This document shows positions 60,489 to 64,000 of a stretch of 64,000 bases of DNA, in pieces. The position numbers were made by a program, and so were the translations under genes. The notes beneath the pieces are model-generated. The model was not told the origin of the DNA. It saw only the letters and a program-made list of their open reading frames with translations, and ran no database searches. How positions within the stretch are numbered: the stretch's first letter is position 1; every line of letters begins with the position of its first letter. The DNA comes from an uncultured Collinsella sp. (GTDB lineage Bacteria > Actinomycetota > Coriobacteriia > Coriobacteriales > Coriobacteriaceae): the NCBI GenBank assembly GCA_963560155.1, contig CAUWMY010000004.1, positions 205 to 64,204 on the forward strand, in the 5' to 3' direction.

Positions 60489-62609
60489 CTACTCCGCCGC
60501 CTCGGGCTGAGGGTCCGCCTCGTTGGCACCCCAACCGGCAACGACCTGCGCCGTGGGCGTGGTGCGAACTGTGAGGGGCTGCTCCGCCTCGGCGGAGACG
60601 GTCGTGTCGTAGGAGATCGTGATGGTCTCGCCGCCCGCCAGAACGGGGCTCGCGGTGAAGAAGGTCCACTGGTTGTAAGGCATCTCGGTGAAAGGCTGGG
60701 GAGAGAAGTCGCCGCCCTCGGTGGTGATGTTCGAGATGGTCCCGCCCGCCGGCGCCACCAGGTACACGTGCATGAACATGCCAGCACGGTTCTTCTTGTT
60801 GGGGTGGTAACCCGTGATGTAGTCGGCCTGCTTGGCGGCCTCGTCCAGCGTGAGGTTGTTGGTCATGGTGGTGGTCACATGATAGGAGGTGCCACCATCG
60901 CTGTTCTTGACGCCCTCATCAACATGGGTGTTGCTGGAGAAGTACCAGCTGATCTTGGACCAAGTCTCATCGGCGAAGTACACACCCAACTCGGGCTCGG
61001 CGGGGTCGTCCTTGAGGGCGCCGGAGCACCCCATGAGGGTCATGAGCTCCTCCTCCTCGGGGTTTTCCATCCAGGCGAGGAACCGGTGCTCGGCAATGCC
61101 GCGGCCGAGCGTCTTGAAGAGGTTGGAGAATCCGACTTCACCCAGGTTGCCCATGATCTGCTTGAACGCCAGCCCCGCCACGCCGGAGAAGAACTGGTCA
61201 GTCTGCTCGACGCTGAGCATATTGTAGGCGTCGTGAAGCATGAGCGAGGCGGCGTTGTCGCCATTCACGTTGATGCCTGCAACGTCCACGCCGCCGGCGA
61301 GTGAGAGCAGATACTGCAGGAACACCGGGTCGATGGCGATCACACCGTCGACTTTCTGGCCGGTGCCGGTCTCGTACAGCCCCTTGGCAAAATGTGCGAC
61401 ACGCGGGAAATCAGGGTTGAAATTGGTGTCGGTGATGCGGGTCGCCATGCGGTCGGAAAACAGGGCGTTCTCCTCTGCGGTGACCTCGCCGTGCATGTTG
61501 GCCTCGGTGGAGAAGTCGGTGCTGCCGGCAACAAACTCACCGACGGAAATCTTGCCATTCTCTATGGAAAGCGGGCCAATGGACCCAGGCAGGCCGCCCG
61601 TTGCTCGCAGCTCGGCATTTTGCTGCGCCATGAGGAGGTACGTGCGGGTGCCGCCGTCTCCGAGCATCTGGGGGAGCAGGGGTGCGATCTTGTTGATGTT
61701 GGAGAGGACCGTCTTGGCGGAAGCCATGGGTTCGGTCACTTTCCCCATGAGCTCCTGGATTTTGCCAATGTGGGGCTCGGGCAGGGCATCGATGGCGTCG
61801 ATGCTCGATGAGACGACGGGTTCGACATCCTGGATGGTGGCGATGAGCTCTTTGAGCATGGGAAGGTTCACGGCGCCGTCGGAGAGAAGATTGCTGAGCT
61901 TGAAGTCCTCGAGCTGGGTGCAGACAGGGAGCATGGCATCCTGGGCGAGGATGTGTGCCTGGTCCATGACGCCGCGAATGAGCTTGATGTCGTCGCCATA
62001 AACCGGGATGAAGCTCGCGATGGTCCAGGCGGGGCCGTTCACCGTGTCGCGCATGGAGGCGATTTGGTCGGCCACGGTGCTCGCAGCTGCGTTGAGCTGC
62101 TCGCCCTCGCCGTTCTTGAGGTAGTCCTTCATGGATTTGACCTCGGACATGAGCGTGCCCGCCTGTGCCTGAAGATTCTTGGCATCCTTGTACAGGAAAA
62201 AGCCCGTGGTGCCGCCAAACGCAACGACGGCGAGGATGACGAGGCCCACAACTAAGCAGATAACCTTGCTTTTTTTTGGTTTGGTCGCATCGCTATGGTA
62301 TGGATCATTAATCAGATCGTCGTGCATGCTAGTATAAAGGGAACCTGAGGTTCCGTGGCGATTGTTCGAGCATGCGCACGCCCGCGAACTCCCGCCGGGC
62401 CTTACATCGCCCGTGTGAAAACTGTTGCTTGCGAGAGACCGTTGTGCTTGCCTTGCTGTTTGTTGAGGCTGAGCTGCCTTCATAAATGTATCGGTTGTAC
62501 CTGGATTGGGCCGCGATGAATCGATGGTGCGATCGCCGGCTGCCCCACACGTTTGCCTCGTGTCTGCGGAAAAATGATTACCGTGCGGTCTACTGTTGTC
62601 GACGGGCAT
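60489..62609 (-). CDS. DUF4012-domain membrane-anchored protein (polysaccharide-locus associated)
   Basis: Disordered N-terminus, one TM, RTYLLMAQQNAELRATGGLPG, NFNPDFP, DGVIAIDP, KISWY; RBS GGAGG before ATG 62609. Confidence 0.85.
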   Translation of the reverse strand: MPVDNSRPHGNHFSADTRQTCGAAGDRTIDSSRPNPGTTDTFMKAAQPQQTARQAQRSLASNSFHTGDVRPGGSSRACACSNNRHGTSGSLYTSMHDDLINDPYHSDATKPKKSKVICLVVGLVILAVVAFGGTTGFFLYKDAKNLQAQAGTLMSEVKSMKDYLKNGEGEQLNAAASTVADQIASMRDTVNGPAWTIASFIPVYGDDIKLIRGVMDQAHILAQDAMLPVCTQLEDFKLSNLLSDGAVNLPMLKELIATIQDVEPVVSSSIDAIDALPEPHIGKIQELMGKVTEPMASAKTVLSNINKIAPLLPQMLGDGGTRTYLLMAQQNAELRATGGLPGSIGPLSIENGKISVGEFVAGSTDFSTEANMHGEVTAEENALFSDRMATRITDTNFNPDFPRVAHFAKGLYETGTGQKVDGVIAIDPVFLQYLLSLAGGVDVAGINVNGDNAASLMLHDAYNMLSVEQTDQFFSGVAGLAFKQIMGNLGEVGFSNLFKTLGRGIAEHRFLAWMENPEEEELMTLMGCSGALKDDPAEPELGVYFADETWSKISWYFSSNTHVDEGVKNSDGGTSYHVTTTMTNNLTLDEAAKQADYITGYHPNKKNRAGMFMHVYLVAPAGGTISNITTEGGDFSPQPFTEMPYNQWTFFTASPVLAGGETITISYDTTVSAEAEQPLTVRTTPTAQVVAGWGANEADPQPEAAE

Positions 62610-62821
62610 GATACCTCCAAATATCAAATGATTGAAAAATTATACTCGCATTGATATTTATCTTTTGGGCTGCATATATGCTCCCGACATGATTCGCGCA
62701 TATGTAAATGTGATATAGCAGAGGGGTATCTGTTAAGTTGCTAAATAAAAAATAGCCCAAACGATAGTGATATATTTTTGAGTAATATGAATTTGTTTGA
62801 AGAGCATCTTACCTGCCGTTG

Positions 62822-63613
62822 ATGCGAAAAAAGGGGGTGACTGTCATAGATCATTCGGACTTCGTCAATGAGCGAGATCTGAAGCCCGTTGCCAACGAGA
62901 TGTCGCGTGGGGTCGGGCTGCAGGCCGCGCATCCTACCGATTCCGCTCTTGCAACCCCCCCCTCTCTTTCCCTAGATGACAAGGCATTTAACCCTAAGCC
63001 TGGCGGTCTATGGTATCGTTGCGCGAAACGAACGTTTGATATTGCATTCAGCCTTTCTGTGTGTTTGTTGATGGCGTTGCCTGTTGCGGTTTTATGCCTG
63101 CTTGTCATGCTTGATTCACCTGGTAACCCGTTCTTTTGCCAGGATCGTATTGGCTTAGATGGCAAGAGGATTCGAATATGGAAAATCCGCACTATGGTGG
63201 CTGATGCCCATGATAATCCTGAACGCTATATGACGCCGAAGCAACTGATGCAGTGGGAACGAGAACAAAAGGTTGATGATGATCCGCGTATTACACGTGT
63301 TGGTCGATTTTTACGCAATACGAGTTTGGATGAGCTGCCGCAGTTTATCAACGTTTTCACTGGCGAGCTGTCCGTCGTCGGACCTCGACCGGTGACGCTC
63401 GAGGAGACATATGAATTCGGGGACGCGCGCGATGAATTTCTTTCGGTCAAGCCTGGTATCACTGGCTGGTGGCAAGTGACCGAGCGGAATAACGCAACTT
63501 GGGAGAACGGCACCCGTCAGTTGCTCGAGCTTTATTACGTTAGACATGCTGGCTTCGCGTTGGATTTAAAGATCCTAATGAAAACCGTTCGAGCCATGGG
63601 GAGGGGACAGTGA
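62822..63613 (+). CDS. Priming sugar transferase (undecaprenyl-phosphate glycosyl-1-phosphate transferase, WcaJ/CpsE C-domain family)
   Basis: KRTFDI, QDRIG, KIRTM, DDPRITRVGRFLRNTSLDELPQ, VGPRP, KPGITGWWQV; exact start uncertain. Confidence 0.92.
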   Translation: MRKKGVTVIDHSDFVNERDLKPVANEMSRGVGLQAAHPTDSALATPPSLSLDDKAFNPKPGGLWYRCAKRTFDIAFSLSVCLLMALPVAVLCLLVMLDSPGNPFFCQDRIGLDGKRIRIWKIRTMVADAHDNPERYMTPKQLMQWEREQKVDDDPRITRVGRFLRNTSLDELPQFINVFTGELSVVGPRPVTLEETYEFGDARDEFLSVKPGITGWWQVTERNNATWENGTRQLLELYYVRHAGFALDLKILMKTVRAMGRGQ

Positions 63614-64000
63614 TTACGAATGCATATAGCGTGTTGATGAGCGTGTATGCCAAGGAGAATCCAGAATGGCTGCGCGAATCAATGGATAGCATGCTTGCGC
63701 AGACAACGCCTCCTGCAGAAATGGTTGTCGTCAAAGATGGGGCTTTATCTCGTGCTCTCGAAGAAGTGCTCGACGAGTACAGTGAAATGTATCCGGGTTT
63801 ATTCAACTTTGTTGCATATTCGGAGAACCGGGGCCTTGGATACGCTCTTCATAAGGGAGTGCTTGCGTGCCGCAACCCGATAATTGCCCGTATGGACACC
63901 GATGATATTGCGGTTCCAGAGCGCATGGAGATGCAACTTCGTGCAATGCGGGAATACGATTTGGATATGGTTGGATCGCAGGTTATAGAGTTTGATGGCG
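63610..64000 (+). CDS. Glycosyltransferase family 2, 3' end runs off the window
   Basis: Manual translation from GTG 63610 (GTGA overlap): YSVLMSVYAKENPEWLRESMDSML...VVKDG...NRGLG...IARMDTDDI. Confidence 0.9.
   Translation, partial: MITNAYSVLMSVYAKENPEWLRESMDSMLAQTTPPAEMVVVKDGALSRALEEVLDEYSEMYPGLFNFVAYSENRGLGYALHKGVLACRNPIIARMDTDDIAVPERMEMQLRAMREYDLDMVGSQVIEFDG

Noticed and set aside
59915-60787. 290-aa form of the DUF151 ORF in the track
   Set aside because: The first ~100 codons overlap DUF4012 on the same strand and look non-coding; the domain begins at GTG 60484

Overview
Core chromosomal window spanning the replication origin of a high-GC (roughly 60-70%) actinobacterium, most likely Coriobacteriia (Collinsella/Atopobiaceae-like; inferred from gene content and order, not from a database search). 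Genes left of ~45 kb are mostly on the minus strand and genes right of it mostly on the plus strand. Left arm: dispersed purine genes (purM, purF, purD, purA, purB), iscS, a phosphohexomutase, pdxK, an ABC exporter, a NUDIX hydrolase, dnaB and rpsF-ssb-rpsR-rplI, three tRNAs, a decayed InlB-B-repeat surface-protein gene, a 1435-aa SpaA-type adhesin with a class B-like sortase, a split M28-fold protein, a PafB/PafC-like WYL pair, ddl-dinG and rlmN. Origin block: parB-parA-rsmG-jag-yidC-yidD-rnpA-rpmH, four parS sites, DnaA-box clusters, then dnaA-dnaN-recF-dciA-gyrB-gyrA. Right end: a GH3 glucosidase, DUF151 and DUF4012 genes, and the start of a lower-GC polysaccharide locus. Most notable observations: (1) about 13 copies of a 33-37 bp palindromic repeat whose loop is conserved while its stem co-varies, some as REPIN-like inverted doublets and one inside the recF reading frame; (2) an uncharacterised GHKL-ATPase / prion-like linker / winged-helix gene between rpmH and dnaA; (3) a GC trough centred on the parS cluster; (4) a second DnaA-box cluster upstream of dnaB; (5) a 150-bp element with 26-bp terminal inverted repeats. 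No CRISPR array, integrase or transposase was seen. All calls come from reading motifs by eye.
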